The position numbers and the translations under genes were made by a program. From assembly GCF_963921235.1 (NCBI RefSeq), contig NC_086097.1, forward strand, positions 189,908,001-189,972,000: a DNA stretch of 64,000 nucleotides, in the 5' to 3' direction. Source of the stretch: Mobula hypostoma. Its lineage: Eukaryota. Every line of letters begins with the position of its first letter. The stretch's first letter is position 1. This document shows, piece after piece, positions 11,388 to 25,010 of the stretch. The notes beneath the pieces were generated by a model. It saw nothing but the letters and a program-made list of their open reading frames with translations, did not search any database and was not told the DNA's origin.

Positions 11388-14300
11388 AGACCATAGACCA
11401 TAAGATATAGTCCATTTGGCCCATCAAGTCAGCTCTGTCATTCAATCAATGCTGATTCACTATCTTTCTGAACCCAATTCTCCTGCCTTCTTCCCGTATC
11501 CTTTGACGTCCAGATTAATCAAGACCTGTCAACCTTTGCTTTAAACGCACCTAATGAACTGGCCTCTACAACTGCCCATGGCAATGAATTCCACAGTTTC
11601 ACCGCCCTCTGGCTAAAGAATTCCTCCTCATCTTCATTCTAAATGGACATCATTCTATTCTGAAGCTGTGCCCTCTGAACCTAAACTCACCTACTATAGG
11701 ACACATCCCCTCCACATCCACTCTATCTAGGCTTTTCAGTATTTGATAGGTTTCAATGAGATCCCCCTTCCTCATTCATCTAAACTCTAGTGAGCCCAGA
11801 GTTAGAAAACACTATTAACATGTTAACACTTACATTCCCAGAATTACTTTTGAGAACCTCTTCTACCATTCCAATGCCAGCATATACTTTCTTAAGTAAA
11901 GGGCCCAAAACTGCTCACAGTATTCCAAGTGCAGCCTGGCCAATGACTGATAAAGACTTAGCATTAAATCCTTATTTTCATATTCCAGTCCTCTTGAAAT
12001 GAATGCTCATTTGCTTTCCTTACCACTCAACTTACAAATTAACCTTCAGGTAATCCTGCACAAGGACTCCCAAGTCCATTTGAGCTCTGATTTTTTAATT
12101 TCATCCCTGTTTATAAAATAGTCTGTGCCTTTATTTCTTCTACCAATGTGCATGACTATACATTGCCCTACACTTTATTCCATCTGCCACTTCGTTGCCC
12201 ATTCTCCCAATCTGTCTAATGCCTTCTGCGGACACCCTGTTTCCTCAATTCCCCTCTAGCTATTGTTATATCGTCTCTAAACATGGTGAAAAAGCCATTA
12301 ATTCCATCATTCAAATCATTAACAAACAGTACAATGTGAAAAGAAGCGATCACAATACCATTCTCTATGGAACACAACTAGGCACCAACAACCATCCAGA
12401 AAAGTCCTCCTTTATTCCCATTCATTGCCTCCTGCTAATAAGGCAATCTTCCATCCTGCTAGTACCTTTCCTGTAATATCATAGGCTCTTATCTTGTTAA
12501 GCCACCTCAAGTGTGGCACCTTGTCAACAGCCTCCTTGAAATCCAAATAAACAACATCCACTGACTCTACTTTGTCTATCCTGCCTATTATTTCCTCAAA
12601 GCATTCCAACAGATTAGTCAGGCAAGACTTCCCTTTAAGGAAATTGTAATAACTTTGGCCTATTTTATCATGTGTCTCCAAGTACTCCCAAGCCTCCTCT
12701 TTAATAATGGACTCCAGCATCTGCCCAACCAGTGAAGTCAGGCTAACTGGCCTATAATTTCCTTTCTTCTGCCTCCTTCCTTTCTTTTAAGAGCTGAGTG
12801 ACATTTGCAATTTCCCAGTCCTCTGGAACCATTCCAGAATCTAGTGTTACCTGAAAGATCAATTTTAATGCCTGCACAATCTCTTCAGCTACATCTTTCA
12901 GAACAATGGGGTGTAGTCCATTTGGTCTAGGTGATTTATCTACTTTCAAGCCTTTCAGCTTCCCAAGTACCTTCTTTTTTGTAATAGCATCTACACTCAC
13001 TTCTGTCCCCTGACATTCTTGAATTTCTGGCATACAGTTAGTGTCTTTCACCGTGAAGACTGATGCAAAATACTTAACAAATTCATCTGCCATTTCTTTG
13101 TCCTCCCTTACTACCTATCCTGTATTATTTTCCAGCAGTCTGATATCCACTCTCACCTTTCTTTTGTTCTCTATACTGTATATCTGAAAAACATTTTGTA
13201 TCCTCTTATCCTCTTTTATATTATCAGCTAGCTTAACTTTGTATTTCATCTTTTCTCTCCTTCTGGCTTTTTTAGTTGCCTCCTGTTGGCTTAAAAAAAT
13301 TTCCAAGTTAAAATGCTTGACTTCCCTTGTCAATGATGGTTACTTCATCCTACCTTTAGAATACTTCTTCATCTTTGAGGTGTATCTATCCTGCACCTTT
13401 GGACATGTCCCCAGAAATTCCAGCATAGTTGTTCTGCCATCATCCTTCTTGGTGTTCCCTTCTGATCAATTTTGTCTGGCTGCTCTCTCCAGCCTCTGTA
13501 ATTCCTTTTACTCCACTGTAATACTGATACATCTGACTTAATATTTTCCCTCTCAAACTGCAGGATGAATTCTATCACATTATGACCACTGCTTCCTAAG
13601 GGTTCTTTTACCTTAAACTCCTTAAATAATCTGGTTCATTACACAACATGCAGTCCAGAATTCCCTTATCTCTATCTGACTCTACCACAAGCCCCTCTTA
13701 AAAAAAAATCATTTGTCAGCATTCTACAAATTCCCTCTCATTGGATCCAGCACCAACCTGATTTTCCCAACTATATCTGCAAGTGAAATCCACCACTGAC
13801 TATTATAATATTGTACTTTTAACATGCCAATTCTATCTCCTGTTGTCATTTTTATCCCATATCCTGGCTACTGTTCGGACACCTGTATATAATTCCTATT
13901 TTTACTTTGCAGTTTTTTAAACTCTACTGACAAGTGTAACATGCTGTAAGGTTTCACTGCTAATGTAATGGCCTCTCTGTAATATTTCACTGCTAAGGCT
14001 AATGGTTTCTCTGTAGCAGCAATGTTTGAGTTATGACTAGAGATAACGGGGCATGTTAGCCAATGAGCAGGATGTTGTTCTTTCCTGTGTGTCTGGGAGC
14101 AGGAATTTTGCGGTCCTTGGTCAGGGAGTGATGAAGAGAGAGGACGCAAATGGAGAGAGTTGGTAGATGGTCGGATGGAGTGGACTGAGGAGCGAGGGTC
14201 CGAGGGTCAGCTACACTCGGAGGAGGTTGAAGGGAACAATTGGATGATATTGTGAGCTCCAACATTTGCACATTAGACTGTTTCATAGAATGGGCTCTTT

Positions 14301-14740
14301 TTTTGTTGTTTCTTTACTAACCATATAGTCAAATTAAGAATTATAAAGCTCAGTTGTTTAATTGCATATTGTGTATTGTTAGTTAGTTCGTGGTACTGAT
14401 TTGTAACAGGGGACACATTGTGCAGCATCCACCCAAACGAGATTTCTTATGTTTGGCTGGGCTGGGTGCTATCATCCCCTCGATTCAGCTGCTAGACAAA
14501 CTGAAGGTTACACAAGGATTCTGCATCTTCCAATCCTATGTCACCTCTTTCTAAGGATTTTTTACCAACAGAGTCTCTTCACTTCCTCTGCCTTTCTGCC
14601 TGTCTTTGCAATACAAGGTGGCTCCTTGGATGTTAAGCTCCCAACTATGATCTTCTTTCAGCCACAGCTCACTGATGCCCACTTCAGTTTTGCTCTGCTG
14701 TTACACTTACACTCATCCTGCTGACTGCACTTTTGCAGTC
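11388..14740 (-). mobile_element. Degraded CR1 LINE (EN-RT region), split by a solo LTR
   Basis: DKSPRPNGLHP, VPEDWEIANVT, KSCLTNLLECFEE, VDVVYLDFKEAVDKVPH; 3' tail at 11388-11405. Confidence 0.9.
13935..14512. mobile_element. Solo LTR (578 bp) inserted in CR1
   Basis: Termini TGTAAC...GTTACA; 4-bp TSD caag (13931-13934, 14513-14516). The CR1 sequence rejoins cleanly when it is removed. Confidence 0.8.
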
Positions 14741-15759
14741 CTTGATGAAAAATAAACACATATCAGATCAAACTAGCAACTCAGTTGCCTATGTTCAACT
14801 CATGATGATTTCACCAGTAACTAGCAGTGTCTAAATTTTACACTGTCCGGTGCTTTAGATATTGTTAAGATATATAACCATGAACATTGACCTGAGGCTC
14901 TAATACGAGAATTTATGCACTGGGCCAGAGGATAGTTCTGTGAAAAATTACTGGTCATCTATCTTTGTCCTTTGGCTTGTCTTTGGTTTCCATGTGCACA
15001 TATTAAAGTGCACAAGTCAGAGATAAGCTCAGGGTCAGACTCCAGAACTTCAGCACACCCATTCTGCTACTGAACTCCCCACCCACATACCGAGTGATGG
15101 ATGAATAGTGATCCCACTCACTTCAAATGGAGTCACTAACACAGAATGCAAAGCTAGTATAGTACAGACTTCATTTACTTCATCTTAATATTTTCATTAA
15201 TTTCTATTACATTAAGGTGTTTATAAACTATTTAATTTTTAAATCTCTTTGAATAGTTTAAAGATTTTTTAGACAATGTCTCATGATGATTAACCTAAGG
15301 CTTAGTTTCACTCACTAGCTGCTCCACCATGCAGGATGATTAAGGCTCAGCTTGTCAAGCTCTCTGTATCCAGAAAATCGTTTATGTGGAAGGGATGGGT
15401 ATTGTAGGCATTGACCAGGATCCCTGCAGATCTAGTCTAATGTGCTTGCTGCCAATAAACTCATCAGAAATCCCTGCTTTCCTTGGAAATACTGTATGTC
15501 AAATTCTATTTTTGTGGAGGAATGCTGATTTATTCTGACTATGACGGATGGAAAAACTGCAGTTCCACTCAAATGTATGAGTTATAATTTCAAATTAGCT
15601 AAATAGCTGGATGCATTTAAAATATGGGCAAGCTCTGCAGTACATGAATACCACAGGGTTAATTTGAAAGATCAATTTCGTAAAAATGCCTTGTAAGTTA
15701 TTTCTTACAACAGTCATTATTGACCTTAGGTTCTGAATTAATTTAGCAAATTCAGGCAC

Positions 15760-16222
15760 CCGTGCGACATACTGAATTTATGCTTCCATTTATTTATGAG
15801 TTTTGGAATACACCTCAGTCCAATGGCTCACTTCCAACATATAAGAAATAAGCTCCATTTATCACCTATCCTCATGGCAAAATATATCTGTATTGTCTTG
15901 CATTTCAGTACATGATATCATTTTCATTTTGCTTTGTGTTTGATTGAATAGTTTTACTTCCACGAAAGAGGTGGAGCAGGAACCCAATTAATATCATAAT
16001 TAAAAAGGGGCCCAATTGTGCTTTGATTGTAAAATTCATGATTTTCATTCTCATCCTTGACTAAAATGACTCTGGTGTGTCTCTGAGTATGAAATGCTTG
16101 AGAGCAAAGGCCATGAAATCAGAAAACACCTGAAAACTTGCACACTAGAATTAACTCTGCTTCTAATCAAACTGTTCCAGTACCTTCGCAATGCTGTCAT
16201 TTATCTGACAAGGTTGAACATT
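15760..16222. repeat. Unclassified ~500-bp dispersed repeat, copy 2
   Basis: Same-orientation homologue of 3305-3848, with many substitutions and indels. Confidence 0.75.
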
Positions 16223-16239
16223 TACACTGAATTTTCCAA

Positions 16240-16820
16240 CCTCTGAATACCTTTAGCTCCCGTGAATTCCCCCTCTTCTCTTGCTCTTTCCCATCCACTC
16301 CAATCTTCTCATTTTTCCCCCTTTCTTACACACCCTGAACCCTTTATTACACATTTCATGTCCCCTCCCTCTTGGTTTTATCCACCTCTTACTGACACAT
16401 TTTATTCATAAGATCTCCACACCCACCACTGGTTCCAGCCTCTTCTCAAATACTTCCCAGTTATTGAGTTTCGACACAGTAGCCTTTGTGTTCTTGTGTT
16501 TCATCCTCCTAGCTGTCTCTACCTTCACTCTCCCCTCCATCTGTTCTTTCTCTTTCTGCCTCCATCTATTATCCACCTGCCTCTGTTTCCCAACATCATT
16601 CCTCCATCTCTCATACCTGGATCCATCTGCCCACCATGCTTCACCCCTCCTGGGTCCACCAATCAGCTCTAGTCCCTATCTCACTACTTCCTCTCTCCAC
16701 ACCATACTGGCTGTCTTCCCTATCCACTGATGCAGGATTTTGACGTGAACCATCAACAATTAATTTCCCCTACAGATGTTGCTTGACCAGTTAAGCTCCC
16801 CATCATATTCTTTGTTGTTC
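16240..16820 (+). mobile_element. Old Penelope-like 3' end fragment
   Basis: Pyrimidine-rich tract, decayed hammerhead-like ctgatgcagg...gaaccatc (16727-16756), then acagatgttgcttgacc terminus. Confidence 0.55.
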
Positions 16821-17084
16821 AGCATTATTTGATGTTGGTATCCTTGAGTAAGATTTGCAGGCTTGATATTGTGACTGTTGTAACTGGCAAGATTGACCAC
16901 TGTCTCAGATTAGAGGGTGGCTAGATGGATGAACCAGAGATCTTCCAGCTACTAACCACCAGTGAAACAGGTCTCTTGGCCTCTACAGTGGTTCACGCTC
17001 TGCTAGGGTTTTTATTGTACCTAAGAAGGTCTCTGATTAACTGAAACCCCATAAAGACACGAGATCTCTTGTTCATCCTGTTAA

Positions 17085-17368
17085 TCATGGGCACTAGCCT
17101 CTCTATTGAGGATATCTTCAAAAGGCAGTGCTTCTAAAAGTCAGTATACACTAAGAAACTTCACCATCCAAGAAATGCCCTCTACTCATTACCACTATCA
17201 GGGAGGAGGTGCAAGAGCCTGAAGAAACACTCAGCATTTAAGGAACAGTTTCTTTCCCTCACCATCAGATTTCTGAACAGTCTATGAACCCATGAACACT
17301 ACCACACTGTTTTGCTCTCTGATAATAAACCTGTCAGTGATAATAAAGTGGATTTTCATTCTGATTCT
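17085..17368 (+). mobile_element. Rex1/Babar-type LINE 3' fragment
   Basis: ctaccatcagggaggagg-like motif, aacagtttctttccctcaccatcagatttctgaac, AATAAA and ttctgattct tail. Confidence 0.7.
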
Positions 17369-17650
17369 GGTTTATTATTAAGATACATCAGAGTAATTTA
17401 ATCCCAATTTAGTTCATTATTAAGACGTCTTACCAGGCCCAATAAAATGGTCTATTTAAATAATAACTCTCATCATTATCTATGGAGTGGGAGCAACGAA
17501 GTTTTATTGACAACACTCATTCTGGTGTCAACAATAAAACTGTGTTACACTCTTTCCATGCCCTAGGTATCCCTGTAAAATAAGATAGCAAACAAAACTC
17601 AAAATTAAATAATTTATAGATCATTCAAAGTTCATTTAAAAACAGATGTA

Positions 17651-18180
17651 TACTCGGGCACTTTATTAGGTACATTGTAAATGCAAATATGTAATCAGCC
17701 AATCATGTGACAGAAACTCAATGCATAAAAGCATGCAGACATGGTCAAGAAGTTAACTTATTGTTCAATCCAAACATCAGAGTAGGGAAGGAAAGGGATC
17801 TAACTGGAATGATTGTTGGTGCCAGGCAGGGTGGCTTGAGTATCTCAGAAACTGCTGGTCACCTGGAATTTTTACACATAGCAGTCTCAATAGTTTACAG
17901 AGAGTGGTGTGAATAACAAAAAAAAATCATCCAGTGAGCAGCATTTCTGTGGGCAAAAATTCCTTATTGATAAGAGAGGTCAGAGGAAAAGGGCCAGACT
18001 GGTTCAAGCTGACAGTAATTCAGATAACCACATTACAACAGTGGAGTGCAGAAGAGCATCTCTGAATGCACAACCTGTTGAACTTTGAAGTGGATGGGCT
18101 CCAGCAGCAGAAGACCACAGACATACACTGATGACCACTTTATTAGGTACAGAGGTACCCAATGAATTGGCCACTGAGTG
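17651..18180 (+). mobile_element. Non-autonomous Tc1 derivative (5' transposase HTH remnant plus terminal 55-bp TIR-TIR mini-element at 18126-18180)
   Basis: TIR-like cactttattaggtac at ~17659 and ~18135; inverse gtacccaatgaattggccactgagtg ends at 18180; TA flanks. ORF GMIVGARQGGLSISETA is a Tc1 HTH. Confidence 0.8.
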
Positions 18181-18384
18181 TACTCAATCTTCTGTGATTA
18201 GAGAAAGAATATATAACTTCCTAAATCGAAGCCATTATCCCAGAATTGATTAATTATTAGTAGTAGCATACTGTGTGCATCAGCTGCTAAATAAAAACAT
18301 GAATTAATGGAATGCATTGCTTAGCTATTATGATTTTTACTTAACAACACAAATTACACTTATTCCAAAAATGAAGAAATACTC

Positions 18385-20466
18385 AAATGGTCAATATTCC
18401 AAAAATGAACAAATATTCAAATGGTAAAATAGTACAACTGTGGCTGACAAGGGAAGTCAAAGATATTGTAAAAGCAAAAGGAAGGGCATACGACAAAGCG
18501 AAAGTTAGTAGTGGGAAGATAGAGGATTGGGAAGATTTTAAAAACCTATATAGAGCAACTAAAAAAAATCATTAGAAGGGAAAAGAGGAAATATGAAAGC
18601 AAGCTAGCAAGTAATATCTAAGTGGACAGTAAAAGTTTTTTTTTAGTATGTTAAAAATAAAAGTGAACTGAGAAGTGGATATAGGACAGCTAGAAAATGT
18701 GGCAGGAGAAATAATAACGGGGGACAGGAGATGGCTGAAGAACTAAATGACTATTTTGCATCAGTCTTCACTGTGGAAGACACTAGCAATATTCCTGATG
18801 TTGTAATGTGTGAAGGAAGAGAAGTGGGTTCAGTTACTGTTACAAGAGAGAAGGTGCTCAAAATGCTGAAAGACCTAAAGGTACACAAGTCACCTGGACC
18901 AGAGGAATTGCACCCTAGGATTCTGAAAGAAGTAGTGTTAGAGATTGTGGTGGCATTAGAAATAATCTTTCAAAAATCATTGGACTCTGGCATATTGCCA
19001 GAGGACGGGAAAATTGCAAATGTTACTCCACTCTTTAGGAAAGGAGGAAGGCAGCAGAAAGGAAATTATAGACCAGTTAGCCTGACCTCAGTGGTTGGGA
19101 AGATGTAAGAGTCAATTGTTAAGGATGAGGTGATGGAGTACTTGGTGACACAGGACAAGGTAGTACAAAGTCAGCATTGACAGCACAAAATTCTGCCTGA
19201 AGAATCTGTTGAAGTTCTTTGAGAAGATTACAGATAGGATAGATAAAGGGGATGTAGTGGATGTTGTATATTTGGACTTTCAGAAGGTGCCACACATGAG
19301 GCTGCTTACCAAGTTAAGAGCCCATGGTATTACGGGAAAGTTACTAACATAGTTAGAGCATTGGCTGATTGGTAGGAGGCAGCGAGTGGGAATAAAAGGA
19401 TCCTTTTCTTGTTGTCTGCCAGTGACTAGTGGTGTTCCGCAGGGGTCGGTGTTGGGACCATTTCTTTTTATGCTGTATGTAAATGATTTAGATGATGGAA
19501 TAGATAGCTTTGTTGCCAAGTTTGCAGATGATACAAAGATTGCTGGAGGGGCAGATAGTGTTGAGGAAACAGGTAGGATGCAGAAGGACTTAGACAGATT
19601 AGGAGAATGGGCAAGGAAGTGGCAAATGAAATACAATGTTGGAAAATACATGGTCATGCATTTTGGTAATAGAAGTAAATGTGCAGACTATTTTCTAAAT
19701 AGGGAGAAAAGCTGAGAATCTGAGATGCAGAAGGACTTGGGAGTCCTTGTACAGAACACCCTGAAGGTTAACTTGCAGGTAGAATTGGTGGTGGGGAAGG
19801 CAAATCCCATGCTAGCATTCATTTCAAGAGGTCTAGAATACAAGAGCAAGGCTGTGATGCTGAGGCTTATAAGGCACTGGTGAGGTCTCACCTTGAGTAT
19901 TGTGAACAGTTTTTGGCCCCTCATCTTAGAAAAGATGTGCTGGCATTGGAGAGGGTTCAGAGGAGTTTAACGAGGATGATTCCAGGAATGAAAGGGTTAT
20001 TGTATGAGGAACGTTTGATGAGTCTAGGTCTGTACTTGTTGGAATTCAGAAGGATGGGGGGGGGGAATCTCATTGAAACCTTTCCAATGTTGAAAGGCCT
20101 AGACAGAGTAGATGTGGAAAGGATGTTTCCCATAATGGGGGAGTCTAGGACAAGAGGGCACAGCCTCAGGATAGAGGGGTGCCCTTTCAGAACAGAGATG
20201 TGGAGAAATTTCTTTAGTCAAAGGGTGGTGAATTTGTGGAATTTGTTGCCACATGCAGCTGTGGAGGCCAGGTCATTGGGTGTATGTAAGGCAGAGATTG
20301 ATAGGTTCTTGATTGGACATGGCATCAAAGGTTATGGCGGGGGGTGGGGGTGGGGGAGGCCAGGAACTGGGGTTGGAGAGAAGGTAGAGAAAAAGGATCA
20401 GCCATGATTAAATGGTGTAGCAGACTCGATGGGCCAGATGGCCTAATTCTGCTCCTATGTCTTATG
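18385..20466 (+). mobile_element. CR1 LINE, 5'-truncated, degraded ORF2
   Basis: KSPGPEELHP, GNYRPVSLTSVVGK, SGVPQGSVLGP, KFADDTK, HLEYCEQF, TRGHSLRI; CR1 tail cctatgtcttatgg. Confidence 0.93.
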
Positions 20467-21189
20467 GGTTAAAAGGTGATTAAAGGATCTTGGTCTTGTG
20501 TACTTGACAATTGTGTTAAGTTAATATTTAGATCTTAAAAATATAAAAATAGTCTTATTCTATTAAAACTATTATAATATTTTATCTGATACATTTTAGT
20601 TCAAAAATCTTGTCTGCTTATTTCTGAACTGTGACTAGCCACTTTTGTCTAAATTGGGAACAGTGCAGTGTGTAACCTGAATAACCCTGTTTGCTCACTA
20701 CAGTCTGACTACAGGGTAACATTGAGAGATGCTGGGCAGCCTGGAAGCAGCCTGAACTGACTGCCCAAAGCAACTGATGGGACATAGTGCTGAGAAACCA
20801 CCGAGGGAGACATGTTGAATATATGAACTCTAATATCAAAAACATGAGTTGATTCAACTAAGGCTTATGGGAAGAAGTTGGATAAATGACTACAAGATGT
20901 GTCAGCCCCTCTGAGAGTGCAAGTTTTTGATAAATCGGACTGGGCTTAATGCTAGGTTTTGCGATTATATTTCACCTCTCCAAGTGAGTTGCAGTTTGAG
21001 CTTAGCAGCCGTTACCTTGTTTGACCATGTGTGCTGCCTGCTTCCATAGTAGATTTCCAGAGAATGATCTCTGAGGACTGAAGTTATACCCACTGCTGGT
21101 GGTACAAAGCTCTTCATCCTACGTCCTACTTCCTCTCATGAGCATGTAAACACTGACATAATTTGCATACGTGGGAGTTGCTGGGTAGG

Positions 21190-21440
21190 ATCACCAGGTT
21201 CAAGAACAGCTTCCTTTCATTGTTATAGCACAGTTGAAAAGATTTTATGCAATAATTGTGGATTTCACAATTTATATTGTCATGGACTTGGCACCATATC
21301 GTCTGCCTGTACAGCTCTTACTTCCGAAACACTATATTCTGCATTCTGTTATTGTTTTTCCCTTGTACTACCCTGATGTACTTATGTTCTGACATGATCT
21401 GTATGGATGGCATGCCAAACAAATAACTATACAATATTAA
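21190..21440 (+). mobile_element. Old Rex1/Babar-type 3' tail
   Basis: accaggttcaagaacagcttc (RFKNSF) followed by a typical 3' UTR. Confidence 0.5.
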
Positions 21441-22799
21441 ACCAATTGCTAATTAAAAACAAAAGTGAGGAAAGGCCATTTGGTTTTTTGCACTTGCTCT
21501 GCCATTCATGTGATCACGGCTGATTGTTTTTTGCCTCAGCACCATCTCCTACAAGGTCACGGTATTTCAGCAGAGAGTCATCGTCTTCAGAAACATGGGT
21601 GCCACTGCAGATGACAGAAACAGCCTGGATTGCGGAAAGCAGAACATGAGGCATTTCACTGGGGTGCAAGAGAACACAGCTGGTGGGCTGCAACTTCTAA
21701 CAAAGTTTTATGATCATACTAATCATACCATTGTTGAAATGACTGATTTGAAGGAAGCCTCAAAGACTCCTTGCGATCAATCTTAAAAAGATCTGTGTTA
21801 CAAAGAAGGATTGGTGCAAGCTCAGAGTTGCAGAGCCAGCTTTGTTCCAACACAACCTTTCATCCTTAGTTCAGCCTTTAGTTGAGTGCACTTATTACTG
21901 ATGCACGTTAAAATACATAGAGTTAATAGCACATTCCATCTAATCTTCATCTTTTTTGTGTGAAAGTGTTAATTATAAATATTATGGCAATTCATTAAAA
22001 TACTTCAAACTGGAATACAAGCTGGACAATTAATCATTATATTATATACATATCAGCAAATCAGGACAAATTAACAACGTTCAGCTCAATATTAATGATT
22101 TAATTTATGAGTGGTACATCTAATGTAGACAGTGACCTTGCTTTTGCCATCGTTCTATGTTGGATACTTTTAGATTGTTTGTGCAATATTTTACCACCTT
22201 GATTAATTACACTAGTAAAGCAAAAGACTAGGGTTGATTCTGCAGCTGCCTACCATCCTCATCATGCTGAACTTGGTTTAGTTTGCAGAGATTTCAGTTT
22301 CAGCCAGCCTTTGAAATCGAAAGCCAATAAGCCTACCCTAACAGACAGAGCAAAACAGTCTCCTTTAATTTGACTGAGATAATTTGCATTGTTCCATGCT
22401 CTTAAAAATGATGTGCTTCTTGTAATTGATGTGCTCAAACGTGCTTTTATTAAAGATCCATTATTAATGAAGAAACTACACAATGTTTACCCCTTCCTTT
22501 CAATAAACTAGCCTTCATCTTGTTTAATCATATCCTGCCAGTGAAAACACAATCTCTAAACAGTTCTGTTAGTGATTTGAAAAAAACAGTCTGGATGTTA
22601 TGTAAAATGTTTCAGAGATTGAGCCTTAACTGTAAATGTAAATCTATGGGTTACAGAATAGGTCTTACACTTAGTAATATACTTGCTTGAAACTGGATTT
22701 AATTGTGCCGATCTCTTCACATATGAGACATGTATAAGAATTGTTTTGTGCATGATTCAATGTCCTTGCATCAGTGCATGTTAACCGGGTGGTCTGTGT

Positions 22800-22985
22800 G
22801 TGGATTGAGTGGCTAGAAGAGGTGGCACATTAGCAACATTTCAAATGCACTTCCAACAGGAACATGAATAGGATAGGTTTAGGAAGATACGGACCAAATG
22901 CAGGTCCAAAGGCAAACAGGTCTAGCTTAAATGGGCATCTTGGTTGGGCCAAAGAGTTTGTTTCCATGCTGTATCTCTCTATGAC
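22800..22985 (+). mobile_element. Old CR1 3' tail
   Basis: acatttcaaatgcactt...ggttgggccaaagagtttgtttccatgctgtatctctctatgac. Confidence 0.6.
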
Positions 22986-24205
22986 CCTGACGCCAAAGTC
23001 CAGACTATCAGAAAATTTGACTGGGCACCATGCATTGTAATTCACCCTAAAGTAATTTCTGTGGGGATTTTACACGTGACAATGACATTAATTACTTAAC
23101 CATCAGAAACTGGATGATAAGATTATAATTGTTTAAATCAATTCAACAAGCAGTAAGTCATATTACCTATCTTAAAGTGTCTCACCATTAATGTCATTTT
23201 TCACTTTCAGTATTTCTCTCCAATCATTTTAATAATTTAAAAAATAATTGCTGGCACAGGTCAGGTCATGGAGGCCTTGATCTTTGGCCCTGTTGCTGCT
23301 ACTAATCTCTGTAGTTTGGGGCCTCCCATAGCATGGGGATAGGGCTGGCTGGCTGGCTCCATGTTTTGGAAGGAGAGCATCTCCACTTGAAGACTCATCT
23401 ACAAACATCACTATGACCCCAATGAGGCCACAGCACAGGTGAGAGGCTCAACACTGTGATCAGACTGGGTGTCATAATGGATACAGAGAGCAGCTCCGAC
23501 CAACAATTTTATCCCAATCACTCACATACACTAAACCTGGTCCCCATAACAATTAAAGTTAACTTGGTCTGAACACCTGTCTGATTTCAATTTTAGAAGA
23601 AGCTGTTAAACCCAGATGTTAAATTCTGAAGCTGAACTATAATATCAGATATTTTCTACACTTGTGTTAGATCCTGAGAAGCCAAATTAATAGCACCTAC
23701 AAGCAGTGTGGGAAGCAGTATGTGATTTGTATTTTTCATGATTTAGTAAATGCCACTTGGGATGCAGGCATTTTAAATGGGACTGAATTGTTGAGCTCCA
23801 TTGGTAGTCAGAGGTGGTAGCTGTGGTAACTTCTGCCTTGAAAAAGGCACACTCGACAACTTCATGCCCAAAGAAACAACTTTATCTCAAATGTCAAAAC
23901 GGTTATGTATATACAGAGGCTTTCACAACCCATACGGCATGGCAGAAACACTATATACAGAACACACCAAAAGTAAAAACCCCCATTATCCTAATTAGTA
24001 TTAACTTACTGTTAATAATGCTCACATTACAACACTTCTCCCTCTTTAAAATCCAACATTCTCCAAATGTAAAAAACTAGGAAATAAAAACAGTGGTGTT
24101 ATTAACTTATACTCGTATCTCAGCAACAGTTTATCAATACAAAACATCTGGAAAATGTGACAGATTCAACATACAATCTAACAACGACAAAAAAGAACTG
24201 TCGCA

Positions 24206-24892
24206 TCAAAGATTCAGTCTGTCAGGAGGTTTACGAGTGCACTGTGATCTGCGCACTACCCCCGGTGACCCAGCAGGCACCGCTGGTGAGGGTGTTTTGA
24301 GTGGATTTGGTTTTGGGAGCATGAGAGGGGTCTGTGTACCTGCATGAGAATGTCCATCCTCTTCGGGGGACACTGACCCCTCTGCCAGTGTCTCGCCCCC
24401 TGGCAAAGTCACTGGTGGACATGCTTTCGCCTTCATGTCCGGGCGCAGCAGGTCCAATCTTGACTTGGGCCTATGCCCCATCAGCATCTCTGTTGGAGTG
24501 TGGGCAGTCGTAGTCTGTGGCGTGAGGTGGTACTTAAACAGGAAACGTGAAAGCCAAATGCTAAGAGAATCCCCTGTCATCCGCTTCAGATCTTTCTTCA
24601 CTGTCTGAACAGCCCACTTAGACAAACCATTTGAGGCTGGGTGGAAAGGGACTGTCCGAATGTGATGAATGCCATTCTGCTGCATGAACTCACTGAACAG
24701 CTCACTGGGGAACGTCGGGCTATTATCAGTGACCAGGGTGTCAGGCAACCCATGGACTGCAAACACTTGCCTGAGTTTGTCTATGGTTGAGTGGGCTGTG
24801 ATGTTGCTCATGATATGAGCTTCCATCCACTTCGAATGCGCATCTATCATTACAAGAAACATCTGCCCCATAAAAGAGCCAGCAAAGTCCAA
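24206..24892 (-). pseudogene. Gypsy integrase core (decayed)
   Basis: HLDFAG...IDAHSKW...LVTDNSPTF...PFHPASNGL...TTAHTPTEML...VRRSQCTRKPPDRLNL. The catalytic Glu position (normally AER) reads SKW. Confidence 0.9.
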
Positions 24893-25010
24893 ATGTAGCC
24901 TAGACCAGGGGTGGTCTGGCTACTCCCATGGGTGCAAAGGAGATGGTGGTGGCATATTCTGATTAGCCTGACATTGTGTGCATGATTTTACCTTGTTCTC
25001 CAGATCCTGA

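Noticed and set aside
16281..16730. Hydrophobic 149-aa ORF as a membrane protein
   Set aside because: Artefact of a pyrimidine-rich Penelope 3' region.
21595..21786. Short ATG ORF as a host exon
   Set aside because: 63 aa with no recognisable homology; expected by chance.
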